A DNA stretch of 64,000 nucleotides, from assembly GCA_000002445.1 (NCBI GenBank), contig CM000208.1, forward strand, positions 2,624,001-2,688,000, given 5' to 3'. The translations under genes were made by a program, and so were the position numbers. The notes beneath the pieces were generated by a model. That model was not told where the DNA came from. It did no database searches and saw nothing but the letters and a program-made list of their open reading frames with translations. This stretch comes from Trypanosoma brucei. Taxonomy: Eukaryota. Of this stretch, positions 18,031 through 28,043 are shown piece by piece; positions within the stretch are counted from its first letter, which is position 1; each line of letters starts with the position of its first letter.

Positions 18031-19737
18031 CTAAATCACCTCTGCTGCATGTTTCTTGTACCTTTCGACGATCCACTTTGTGCGCTGCTTCAGATCAACA
18101 ATGGGGCTGGGATAGGCCGATCCACCAACGATGCTGCCCCCAAGCGGTAGCTCCGTCTTTTCCTTTTTTATTCCGTTGCTTTCCTTCACAGTTCCTTGCA
18201 CTGTACCTAATGTGCCCTGGTCCGCTGGTCGCCCCTCCTTGCAAAACACATCCCACTTGTGTATCGTCCTCACAGACACATTCCGGAGCTCTGGCACCCA
18301 TTGTTTGATAAACACGGCCTGCGGATCGTGCTGAGCGGACTGGCGGAACGGGTTAAAGAAACGAAAATACGGCTGTGCATCAGCACCCTGGCCCGATGAC
18401 CAGAGCCAACCGCCGCTGTTATTAGCCACATCGTAGTCCACAGCGACGGTAGCGTACCACCGCTCACCTTCCCTCCAATCCACAAAGAGAACCTTCACAA
18501 GAAAATTGGCAATTAACATCCGGCAGCGGTTGTGACACCAACCCGTTTTCGTCAAACAGCGTACCGCAGCGTCCACAAGCGGGAATCCTGTGGCTCCGGA
18601 CTTGAACGCGGTAAATTCTGCGTCATTCCACTCCCACTGGAAATTAGAGTACTTCTCCAGAAACGGCTCATTGGCAAGCGTCGCACGACATTGTCGCTCA
18701 CCCTGAGGGGCAACGTCCATCTTTAGTTGCCCCAATGCCAGACGCGGGTTGTGATAGAGTAACATCGAATAGAACTCGCGCCAAATGAGTTGCCTAGTAA
18801 ATGCATGCTCCTTCCCCAAGTGTAGCAATGCAACCTGCATGGCCTCACGGATAGAGATGGTACCAAATTTTAAATGCGGACTTAAATGTGTCGTTTTGTC
18901 CCCCGGAATGTCGTCTCGGATGGCAGAATAATTTTTTGCCGATGCAACGCTTGCCAACCGTAGCAACCCTTCACTTCTTCCGCCCCTATCCACCAGTTCG
19001 GGAAAGGTTTGGGGAAGGGCTGCTAAATCAACGTAGTCAACCAGTGAAGAGAACTCATCCGCGGCCATGGCGCTCCTCCTTGCTTGATCTACAGTAGCTT
19101 TGACATCTTCCTTTACATGGGAACCGGTAAAAATATCACCGATGGTGGTGGCCTTAGGATTTGGCGCTTGTATGTCGCTGAAGTGCTCCTGTAGAACGGC
19201 ACGATAAAAAGGACTGAAGACACGGTACGGTTTTCCATTCTTGTTAGTTACTACATCCGGGGGGAGTAGTGTATAATCCATGTTGCTGGTGACACACCGT
19301 ACACCCCGTTTCACACACCATTCTTCGAGCTGAAGATCACGTTTACGTGCAAAAGGCGTAATATCGCGGTTAAAACCAAGCTGTTTGATGTCGTAACCAG
19401 AGGAACGAACCACCTCGAGACAGTCACAATCACTACCACGAAGACAAACTAGACGTCCACCAAGCTGAACAGTATCCAAATGTTTCAGTGATTGGCATAG
19501 GAACTCAAAGCAAGCCTTACCGAAATAAGGGTTCTTATCGGGGTCACACTGCCTTGGATTGAAAAAGAACAGGGGAATGACGGGTAGCGACTGTTTGCCA
19601 GCCCGTTCTATCAGCAGCAGCAGACCGGTGTTGTCAGTCACACGGAAATCTCGCCTAAAAATGAACACCGCTGCTGGGAGCGGTTGACTCGGGGTTCGCT
19701 GCCTCTTGACGGCGACAACACGACTCGGTACGTACAT
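18031..19737 (-). CDS. Deoxyribodipyrimidine (CPD) photolyase / cryptochrome-DASH family flavoprotein, 568 aa
   Basis: Motifs read directly: LSPHLKFG, WREFY, TGFPLVDAAVRCLTKTGWCHNRCRMLIANFLVK, DYDVANNSGGWLWSSG, YFRFFNPFRQ. These are the canonical FAD-binding-domain signatures of the photolyase family. Confidence 0.9.
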   Translation of the reverse strand: MYVPSRVVAVKRQRTPSQPLPAAVFIFRRDFRVTDNTGLLLLIERAGKQSLPVIPLFFFNPRQCDPDKNPYFGKACFEFLCQSLKHLDTVQLGGRLVCLRGSDCDCLEVVRSSGYDIKQLGFNRDITPFARKRDLQLEEWCVKRGVRCVTSNMDYTLLPPDVVTNKNGKPYRVFSPFYRAVLQEHFSDIQAPNPKATTIGDIFTGSHVKEDVKATVDQARRSAMAADEFSSLVDYVDLAALPQTFPELVDRGGRSEGLLRLASVASAKNYSAIRDDIPGDKTTHLSPHLKFGTISIREAMQVALLHLGKEHAFTRQLIWREFYSMLLYHNPRLALGQLKMDVAPQGERQCRATLANEPFLEKYSNFQWEWNDAEFTAFKSGATGFPLVDAAVRCLTKTGWCHNRCRMLIANFLVKVLFVDWREGERWYATVAVDYDVANNSGGWLWSSGQGADAQPYFRFFNPFRQSAQHDPQAVFIKQWVPELRNVSVRTIHKWDVFCKEGRPADQGTLGTVQGTVKESNGIKKEKTELPLGGSIVGGSAYPSPIVDLKQRTKWIVERYKKHAAEVI

Positions 19738-20032
19738 ACCACCCTTGCCTTTGGGGGAGAGAAACGGGGTGCAGAAAATGTGTGTACAAACTCAAACGGA
19801 GACGCGCTAGCATGTAAGTGCCTCACAAACACGGTCTTTCACTTCCGATCGTTGGGGTGATCTGTGAAATATGTACCCTTGTGAGCCTGGTACAACTGTG
19901 CACCCGGGGGACTTTGCAGACGTCACAGGAACCTGCGACGGCGACATAGTTTATGTGAAACTATGTACGTACCGAATTGCGATTTCCGTTCAACCTCCCC
20001 AGCCAACACCTAACGGTAACGGTTGACAGACT

Positions 20033-20045
20033 GGGGGGGGGGGGG
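20033..20045. repeat. G13 homopolymer (C13 on the coding strand) in the intergenic region between the photolyase and the upstream gene
   Basis: Direct reading: ctggggggggggggggaacacc. Confidence 0.9.
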
Positions 20046-20319
20046 AACACCAGTCGAAAGCCGCTTTTGTCGTGGAAAGAAAGCGACGTACGACCAAAAG
20101 AAACAGCACCGTTTTGATCCTCCAACCGCGCACAGTTCCGTGGTGCCTAATTTTCCTGTGACATCCTTCGACCTGGGTAGAGGTTATAAGTGAAAAAGTT
20201 AGTGCCATTTAGATAGGGACGCACCATCACACCAATCCAGTGCCGCAAATTCATGCTTGTGAAGGGCTCTTTCGACAACCGGTTTTTTTTAGCCCAACTC
20301 CACACACCCCGCCTTCATG

Positions 20320-22857
20320 TTAGCTTCTGGCAGTGAGTCTGACAATATCAACCGGAGTGCAGACATCAATGTCGCATAATTTAGATTGCACTTCTTTCCA
20401 TTTTTTCATCTTCATTGCAGTGGTTACCTTTCCCCGCTTCGTCTTGCCAGGTACTGTTGTCCGACCTCCTTTGCATGACGTGGGAACTTCTCGCAGATAC
20501 GGTAGTAAGGCAAGAAGACCATTGTTACTGCACACGAAACAACACTCAGTATTTTTGCTGTTGGGATCCTCCACACTGCCCTCATTCACAACATCCCCAC
20601 GTTGACTGCTTCTAGAGCCACTCACCGCCCGCCTGCAATGATCAGAAATTAGAGACTTCCAGCCAGCGTGGTCCCAAACCCACGCGTAGGCAAGGCAACA
20701 ACCAAAACGCATAGAAAAAAATGGGGCTGTAGCAATGGTGCCGATGCGCGTAAGCTCCGGAATGGTGACGCACAGAGTTGCACCACTCTCTTCCTGATCC
20801 TTCGGTTTCAAAAGCAAAAGTGCACCTCCCACTTCCTGATGTTGCCGCCCCCCTCTTGCCGAAAATTTCAAAAGGACACGTTGGTGGGCATTGGAGGGCG
20901 AATGGTACAGACGTGCCACCCCCGAATTGCGCCAGACATTCCGTGCACTTTCCCTGCCGAACAACGCGTAGCACCCGGAGAGTAGTTGCAAAGTTTCTCG
21001 TTCCTCTTCGCCGATCGCCCGTGCGGAGTATGCGTAACCATTACTCCTGCATAGCCCCACGGTCCCGGCAACCTCTTCAGAATCGTCACACCATTGCCTC
21101 CACGTGGCCGCAACTGGTGACACGACACTGGAGAACAAATGCCTCGAAAGCTGGAAGTGGCAGGCGCGGTACGACCACGTGTTGCACGTCCTACTACTAC
21201 CAAGGGCGTCAGCATTACGAATGCGGCGTACAGAAACCGCAAGTACTGTCACCACACATTGGTGGATGGGAAAACTGGTACAGTCAACAATGTCCGTAAA
21301 TGGCGGAAACGATGGGAAAGTAAACACCTTGACGCCTCCTAACGCCCTTTTTGTTGGCGTCAGGGATGATGACTTAGTTGAAAGAAAAACATTTGAATTT
21401 TCAGCCTCCAAAAACTCGCTACTCTCGCTCTTCCCAGCTGTTGCAGAGTGCCATCTCATCATTGCCTTGTCTACTCGCTGCCGCACCCATGAATGGCTGG
21501 GCAGAACCGCTTTTTCACCACATTCCTGTGCGGCTGCCCCAGCACAACACCAGACCTCTAACATGGAACTCAGAAAACCCACCGCCGGGCATGGATTCCA
21601 GTGCGAAATGAGACAGAAGCTGAGGTGTCGCCGCGCTTGTGGGCCGAAATACACTGGACAAGGCGCAATCAAGTAGTATGTATCTCCTCTTCCCACTTTT
21701 CCATCGCGCACAAGCACCAGTGTCACAGCAACTACAGGGTTTGATTGTACCGTGCAAGCATCCTGTGGGAACGGGTAACCAGCGGCTTTGGCGGCGGCAG
21801 ACCACACGTAGCCGTAGTAGACACTACAGCCGTTGGTTTGCCATGTTCCGCCGGTGGGATCCGGGGTTGTTTTGCTAAGGCGAAAACTTTTAGTGTAACC
21901 CATGGCCGGCGGGTTTTCATTCGTACGCATTATTAGTAGATTCATTAGCTCCTCTGGCGAAAAACGCCTCTCCATGTTCAGCTGCTGCAGGCGCCACACG
22001 CACATGTGAGACCTTTCAGCAACGAAGCACATGGGTGGTGGGACAGCCGTTAACTTGCCCCTGTGCTGTCTCACAACTTTTGAAGTCATCTGTGAGGAAA
22101 CAAAAGTGGGCAATCTCGCGACCCAACGCTGTAATATTCGGTGTTGCTTCCTCTGACATTTAAGGGGCACGGCGATTCTCAGTGTGACGGTGCAGGAAGG
22201 CGTACCTCTACCGCTGCCTCCACCTACAATGGCCAGATCGGGTTCTGGGTTTGGACAGGGGGAGACCTTTGCCTTTTCCACACAGTAATGAAACCGCCGA
22301 CGCATGTACCAATGGGATGGTAGCCATAAAATCGAAGTTCTACCGGGGACAGCTCCTGTGAGAATGGTTCCATGATTAGGCATCGCGCAGTTGCAGAGTG
22401 GTTTCTGATACTTACCATACCGTAACGCAAAAATACGGCGCAACAACCGCCGACGAGTAGTGGGGCGACGCCTCAAAGCCACTCTTCGCCTTCTTCTCAA
22501 CAGTGAACACCATTGTGAATACGTGAATAACCGTTTCTTGGGCTTTTTAGTGCATGCACTGAGCATGATAGCTTCCCTTGTGCTTTGCCGCCGGGGATCA
22601 CGAGAAGCATGCCGCATTCTGTCGTGCATATGCCGCTTCATGTTGCACAGTGGCACGTTTGAGGACGATGGTCGGCGGTGAAGAGGAACTGCCGGGCGCT
22701 TAGGAAGGCCACAGCTGCTTCCCTGCTCTCCTGTATCATCAACGTCAGCACCTCCTCTGCTATCGACGCCATCATCACGTGGCCTTTTTCGGAAGAGTAA
22801 CGTGGAAAAAGCTGCCACTTCCTCCACTCTGTTTTTCAGCAACTCTGCAACATTCAT
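20320..22857 (-). CDS. Hypothetical protein, 845 aa
   Basis: Long ORF on the array strand. Arg-rich N-terminal region. No domain recognised. Confidence 0.6.
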   Translation of the reverse strand: MNVAELLKNRVEEVAAFSTLLFRKRPRDDGVDSRGGADVDDTGEQGSSCGLPKRPAVPLHRRPSSSNVPLCNMKRHMHDRMRHASRDPRRQSTREAIMLSACTKKPKKRLFTYSQWCSLLRRRRRVALRRRPTTRRRLLRRIFALRYGKYQKPLCNCAMPNHGTILTGAVPGRTSILWLPSHWYMRRRFHYCVEKAKVSPCPNPEPDLAIVGGGSGRGTPSCTVTLRIAVPLKCQRKQHRILQRWVARLPTFVSSQMTSKVVRQHRGKLTAVPPPMCFVAERSHMCVWRLQQLNMERRFSPEELMNLLIMRTNENPPAMGYTKSFRLSKTTPDPTGGTWQTNGCSVYYGYVWSAAAKAAGYPFPQDACTVQSNPVVAVTLVLVRDGKVGRGDTYYLIAPCPVYFGPQARRHLSFCLISHWNPCPAVGFLSSMLEVWCCAGAAAQECGEKAVLPSHSWVRQRVDKAMMRWHSATAGKSESSEFLEAENSNVFLSTKSSSLTPTKRALGGVKVFTFPSFPPFTDIVDCTSFPIHQCVVTVLAVSVRRIRNADALGSSRTCNTWSYRACHFQLSRHLFSSVVSPVAATWRQWCDDSEEVAGTVGLCRSNGYAYSARAIGEEERETLQLLSGCYALFGRESARNVWRNSGVARLYHSPSNAHQRVLLKFSARGGRQHQEVGGALLLLKPKDQEESGATLCVTIPELTRIGTIATAPFFSMRFGCCLAYAWVWDHAGWKSLISDHCRRAVSGSRSSQRGDVVNEGSVEDPNSKNTECCFVCSNNGLLALLPYLREVPTSCKGGRTTVPGKTKRGKVTTAMKMKKWKEVQSKLCDIDVCTPVDIVRLTARS

Positions 22858-23265
22858 CGCTGCTGCTGCCTTTTGACCTTGTTAATGTCACGGTAAAAGT
22901 TAATTTTCCTCCCGCTTTTTACACCTTTTTTTTCTCTCAGAATAAGTATTTTATGTACGGCACTTCTGCACGCCTCTGAGTAGCCTTATTGCCAGTCGTC
23001 GGACGAAAAAGGCGTTTCCTTGGTCTTACAGCATGTGGCTAGAGCCACGTTTTACGCAACACAAAAGTGCTCCTTCTAAATATGTAATACGCACCCAAAA
23101 TCATTAAGAAAGAGAATGCAGAAAAAGCAGATTCATCGTGTGTTTTACAAATGTTCGATCAATGCTGCATGCCAGTTTTCACGCTTTATATATACGTGCC
23201 TGTTTGCGGGAGAGATATATGAGGCTCACGACCTTCCGAGACGAAGGAACACGGAACTTTATTTT

Positions 23266-24015
23266 TCACGATAAAGGTGGAAGACCATTTTCTTCCCACT
23301 GATGTAGTGCCTCCACCATCTCGGCCCGCCGAGGTAGCGCTAAAAACCTTCCAGGCTCTGTTACTATGTACTCGGTGGGAAGAAGGTTTAATTTTTCCTC
23401 AAAATGTTCCCTCACATTTTGCAGGCACTGACGCTCAAACTCGCGACTCCAATGTGGTCGACCCTCACCTCCCTCCTTCATATGTTGTTCCCCTTCCGTT
23501 GTCTTCCCCCGCGGCAATAAAAGGTGCGAGGTATACTCCAAGCACCTAAGTAGTCCAGCGTACCCGATCGCCTCAAGTTTGTCCGCATCACTAACAATAT
23601 CACGAACACGCAGCCATTCGGTTGGAAGCACCGAGGTAAACCAACGTTTGCCACGTTGTTTTTCTGCAGAGAAGGACACTGCCTCTATGGTTTGCAGCGC
23701 GTAGGCATGTGACTCAGCCGTTTCAATGGTTGCGTTTCGTTCCTCTTTAATAAACGCCTCAACACGGTGCCTTAACGTACCGTCGGAGTCGTATTTGTGA
23801 TCTGCTACGTCGTGTAGCATAGCCACGAGGATGACCCTGGAGAGAGTTGTATGCATATCTGTTGCTGCTACTTGGTTCTGCATGCACAGTATCAGTATAG
23901 CGCTCTCAGTAACCTTTTCCATGTGCGCCAGGCCGTGTGAGCTGTCACGGCCTGCGCAAGCCACTCTCACAAACTCCCTGCAGCGTTCCCACAGATGATA
24001 GTGTTGGGCCTGCAT
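23266..24015 (-). CDS. HD-domain metal-dependent phosphohydrolase-like protein, 249 aa
   Basis: H...HD signature: GLAHMEKV ... AMLHDVADHKYD. Size and layout typical of small HD hydrolases. Confidence 0.65.
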   Translation of the reverse strand: MQAQHYHLWERCREFVRVACAGRDSSHGLAHMEKVTESAILILCMQNQVAATDMHTTLSRVILVAMLHDVADHKYDSDGTLRHRVEAFIKEERNATIETAESHAYALQTIEAVSFSAEKQRGKRWFTSVLPTEWLRVRDIVSDADKLEAIGYAGLLRCLEYTSHLLLPRGKTTEGEQHMKEGGEGRPHWSREFERQCLQNVREHFEEKLNLLPTEYIVTEPGRFLALPRRAEMVEALHQWEENGLPPLS

Positions 24016-24329
24016 TTGTTTATGCTGTGCTAAATTTTCTGTGCGGAACCGCAGCGGCTTTGAAAAATCCGGAACAAGGCAGAAAACTCAGCTGCCCAAT
24101 ATTCGTGGCTGAAGGAAACACCAATTTTAGAAGGAGGTGTATGATCGCGGGAAACCTTGCAGTTTGTAGCCGCCAGGGCCCTCTACAGCCACCAACAAAC
24201 AGGAATAGAAAAAAAAAGTTGAGGCTCCAAAAGTGAAGCAGAACGAGCGAATACGAAGGACAAAACGGGATAATAAAATAAATCGTGCGATATGTCGATT
24301 GTCACGCCGAAAAAATTAACGTATAGGGC

Positions 24330-27300
24330 CTACAGCCCCACACTGGCTTCTTGCGACGCATCGTACACGAGCGACAGTAAAGTCATATGGTCTATGCTCT
24401 CTATTCCACACATGAGTAACTCCACGGCGTACTCCTCAAGGAAGCTACTGAGAAGTTCTCTTTGAGTGCACCCTTCGTGCTTCCAACCAACGGTTGTGTA
24501 AAACTCCTGGAAGGAGTGTACAATGCATTCACGAATCATGCCGTCTCTCAAAAACGGCAAAGACAGCGTGGCTGCACACTCACGCACACCACCACAGCAG
24601 CCATGATCATGTTTTTCAGTGGTGTGACTGCTATCAGCGCTTTCAGCGAAATGACGACTCCGCGCAAGGGCATACTGGAGCCGAACCCCCGTTAGCAGTG
24701 GATGGTTTGGTGGTAGAATCTGTCGCAAGTCTTCAAGCAGTTCCTCGCAAAGCAGCAGAAGCATATGACTGTCGTGGGTTGTCAACTGGGAGCGAAGAGA
24801 TAGCGCCAAACACTCCAGCCTTGTCTGCAGGCGGATATAATGTGTTGTGGGTAGCGCACAGGCAAACGAGTCTAAGTCCATCAGGCGTCGCAAAGCCGTT
24901 TGCGCTAGTCGATCTTCTCCTGCGCCATTATCATCGTCATCACTCCCTTCCTCCATCCCGTCAACCTCAATCCCCTGTACCTCCTCACTCGATCCAACTG
25001 TACCGGCTTCAACCTCAACCTCGCAAGCACTCGCGCCAACGCCCCCAAACGTGCTAGTACTTTCAAATTCTTCACATGCTTTGTCCACTGCGTTTGCATA
25101 TCCTTGCAGGATACGTCTCGAGAGCGACTCGTAAGTGTCTGAATCTGCTCGTGAACAGTCGCTAGCATGCTCGTAGGACCGCTGACCCTTGGGAAGCGAA
25201 AGGTCCACCAATACGCAAGGATACGTGTGAACCCCCCTTGTGGGTTGCCGACCCGCACTACCTTGATACTTATCACAATTTTTTTGTGCATCCTCGGGGT
25301 CATATATTAGCTGCCTGCACTCAGGACATATAACACCCTCCAAAAGCGCGGTGCTTGACTTGCAGAAAGAGCAGCAGCAACAGAAACCGTTTTGCTCGTC
25401 CTTTAGAGTTTTCGGAATTAGTACTGAGGAAAGATACGATACAGTAATTTCCTCACCGGGCTCAATGTCGCGGAGGGCAATAACACAGACATCACCCTTC
25501 CCCTCTCCGAAGGAGCTGCTGCCTTGTGATTCTTCGCTGCACAGGGGCAAAATTATGGCATTAGGCTTACAGCTGTGGTTGATCAACGAAACCAACGGAA
25601 GGAGGGCGCGGCATGGGGTAAGCACTTCGGCCTTCGGAGTGGCTCTGAAATCTTGTGGTGCTTCAAGCGGAACAGAACACCGTCGCCAGCAGCACATGAG
25701 GTCGGCTAGATCACGTGCAATGGCTGCCTCATAGTCCACATTTTCCCTTCCCGCGCCTTGAGTTGGGTGCATCCCACTTTCACCCGAGAAAGGCATCATT
25801 GCAAGTAAGTGTAACGCCGAATGCATATCAGGTGCCTCAACAGGGTCACCGAGGAGCTTCCCAACTCGCAAAGCTTTGACAATGGAGGAGGTTGCTAACT
25901 CATCCTTATGGACGAAGCCCCCGCGAAGAAACAGTTCTAAGGCCCCGTTCACCACGGCAGCATTTTCACCGTCCGGGGCCTCCACAATGTCAGTGACCCG
26001 CTCCTGCTTCCGCTTTTGTGGTGACACTTGGCCAACAAGCAGCAGCGACCTGTCCTTCACAACTACTGCGCCCTCCATGATATGGTTTGTAGCAATAAGC
26101 CCAACACCGTGTTTGATGCGCCACCTGTTGCTGCTCGGTTCAACAGACGGATGCAGCAAGGGTGTACAAGCACTGTGCGGGGTATCACCTTCCCCATCCG
26201 ACGATAGCCCCACACCAAACATTGCCAAACGAATTCGGCGAATCAAATCGTCACACGGCGCGTTGAATTGTGCAACCGCTATTTGCGCAGCCGTAAGGGC
26301 ATCGATAAGGCAGCGCATGGAGGTTGAGAGACCCTCGCGGCTTATCCACAAAAGCTTGTGGCAACCATTCACACCCCCGCTCACCACAGTTTTGCCATCA
26401 GTTGCGTTCTGGTAGCTCCCCGGTACTCCCTTCACAAAAGACAAGTGCGAAAACAGTCGGGCCTGTTGCAGTTGGATGTCAGCCTTGCCAATATAAAGCC
26501 TTCGCAGCTCATCGTACCCTGCCGGAATGCGGCGAGAAAAGAGGTCGACGGTGGAATTAAGTTCATTCAAAAAAGCAGTGACTGTTTCCGCGTCGTGCAA
26601 CTGGCGTTTGCACTCTGAACTTTGTGGTGCTGTGGTGGACAAGAAAAGGTCTTCAAAAAGCAACCATCCATCATCATTGTCAGAGCACATGGACGATGTA
26701 GCCTCCGCCTTTGGTGGGGTCATAGCGCTCACGGTTTCGGGCATCCACCACCACTCTGTCATAGGCAGCATGTCGTAGAGGCCGCCACTGCACAAATCAG
26801 GTTTGTAATCTGAAGTAAGCGTTACGTGAGCCTCGCACCAACGCCACGCGCGGGAAGCGGCGTAGACGCGGCGCCACCGACAGTGTAGAGTGCTCAGCGC
26901 ACTGCACGTCTTGTCGGTGTTCGCTGCTCGCATCAGAGTTTCAATGATATCCACCTCTTCCTTTTCTATTCTTACTCTAGTAGCCGCATGAATTTCGTGC
27001 TGCGTGAAAGACTCAAGAATACTAATCACTGTCCGCATGAGTAGCTCGCCCGCATGCGTGAAGAGCTGGAAGGCCTGCTCCTCATCCCTACCGCTTCCGC
27101 TCTCGACGCCCAGCGTGCCCCATTCTCCTTTACGGTGCGCCTGCTCTGCTATTTCGTGCAGTTTTCGGCCAACGATGGTGAGGGATTCCGCGTCGTGCCC
27201 GCACTCTTTCAGACGTTTCCTCAGCGATTCAAGGTCTCGTGACTTGTCTTCCACCCATGACATCCCAGGTGGGTTGGCAACTACCCTGACATCAAACATT

Positions 27301-27500
27301 ACAAGAAGCCCCACGGACGGCGGGGGCATGTGGAAGAAGATAAAAGAGGGGGAGAAAGTAGAGACTTTGCATGAGATCCGAATACATTTTACCCTTCGCA
27401 GGCAGCGAAGAGCAATAATAGTGACAACAATAACAACAACAACCGTTGATATTATATATATATATATATAAAGTGCTCTGTTTAAAATCCTTTCCACCAC
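24330..27500 (-). CDS. SET-domain protein (lysine methyltransferase family), about 1000 aa. The true start is probably MPPPSVG or MSWVED near 27.26-27.33 kb; the first about 55 codons of the track ORF translate an (AT)n/(GTT)n microsatellite.
   Basis: SET signatures LINHSCKPNAIILP (about 25555-25600) and GEEITVSYL (about 25440-25465), followed by a Cys cluster (FCCCCSFC...CPEC). Confidence 0.8.
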   Translation of the reverse strand: MVERILNRALYIYIYIISTVVVVIVVTIIALRCLRRVKCIRISCKVSTFSPSFIFFHMPPPSVGLLVMFDVRVVANPPGMSWVEDKSRDLESLRKRLKECGHDAESLTIVGRKLHEIAEQAHRKGEWGTLGVESGSGRDEEQAFQLFTHAGELLMRTVISILESFTQHEIHAATRVRIEKEEVDIIETLMRAANTDKTCSALSTLHCRWRRVYAASRAWRWCEAHVTLTSDYKPDLCSGGLYDMLPMTEWWWMPETVSAMTPPKAEATSSMCSDNDDGWLLFEDLFLSTTAPQSSECKRQLHDAETVTAFLNELNSTVDLFSRRIPAGYDELRRLYIGKADIQLQQARLFSHLSFVKGVPGSYQNATDGKTVVSGGVNGCHKLLWISREGLSTSMRCLIDALTAAQIAVAQFNAPCDDLIRRIRLAMFGVGLSSDGEGDTPHSACTPLLHPSVEPSSNRWRIKHGVGLIATNHIMEGAVVVKDRSLLLVGQVSPQKRKQERVTDIVEAPDGENAAVVNGALELFLRGGFVHKDELATSSIVKALRVGKLLGDPVEAPDMHSALHLLAMMPFSGESGMHPTQGAGRENVDYEAAIARDLADLMCCWRRCSVPLEAPQDFRATPKAEVLTPCRALLPLVSLINHSCKPNAIILPLCSEESQGSSSFGEGKGDVCVIALRDIEPGEEITVSYLSSVLIPKTLKDEQNGFCCCCSFCKSSTALLEGVICPECRQLIYDPEDAQKNCDKYQGSAGRQPTRGVHTYPCVLVDLSLPKGQRSYEHASDCSRADSDTYESLSRRILQGYANAVDKACEEFESTSTFGGVGASACEVEVEAGTVGSSEEVQGIEVDGMEEGSDDDDNGAGEDRLAQTALRRLMDLDSFACALPTTHYIRLQTRLECLALSLRSQLTTHDSHMLLLLCEELLEDLRQILPPNHPLLTGVRLQYALARSRHFAESADSSHTTEKHDHGCCGGVRECAATLSLPFLRDGMIRECIVHSFQEFYTTVGWKHEGCTQRELLSSFLEEYAVELLMCGIESIDHMTLLSLVYDASQEASVGL
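27425..27472. repeat. Compound microsatellite (AAC)n followed by (TA)9
   Basis: Direct reading: acaacaataacaacaacaaccgttgatattatatatatatatatata. Confidence 0.9.
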
Positions 27501-28043
27501 TATTTGCCCCTACCTTTGCAACTCTCAGAAGGTTAACTCCCCTTCAAGGGCGCACAGAACTTGCCCTCGTCAGCACCCGTGATCACTACATCGGGCTAAG
27601 GGAAAGTGGAAAAAAAGGTATCTGCAAAGAAACATCAAAAAGCAACAGGAGACCATTTAGACAAAAACTAGGATGAAGGTAATTGTGCAAAATACCACGG
27701 AGACCTCCCCAAGTTGGTGGTGAATTAGGTTGAAGAAGGGAGAAGGTCCCCGAGGTAAGAGGAAATGTTATAAACTGAGTGTGAATTCGTGTCTCTTACA
27801 ATAACAAGCCCTCCGATGGGAGCTCTTCGGTAGGTGTCCGTCTAATAGTAGAAAACTATTTGGAAATAATGTGATAGCCCCCTTAGAAATTATCCACAAG
27901 CACTTTCTCGTCGTGAAAAGCGGCTTCCAACCCGATCAAAATACTTTTGATATTAACAAGCAGAAATCCCGTTATTCGTGCAAGAGTTAACGGGGCTTCT
28001 CGTTTCCTTTCAATGCCATGAAGAAGTGCAACCCTCTTATATC

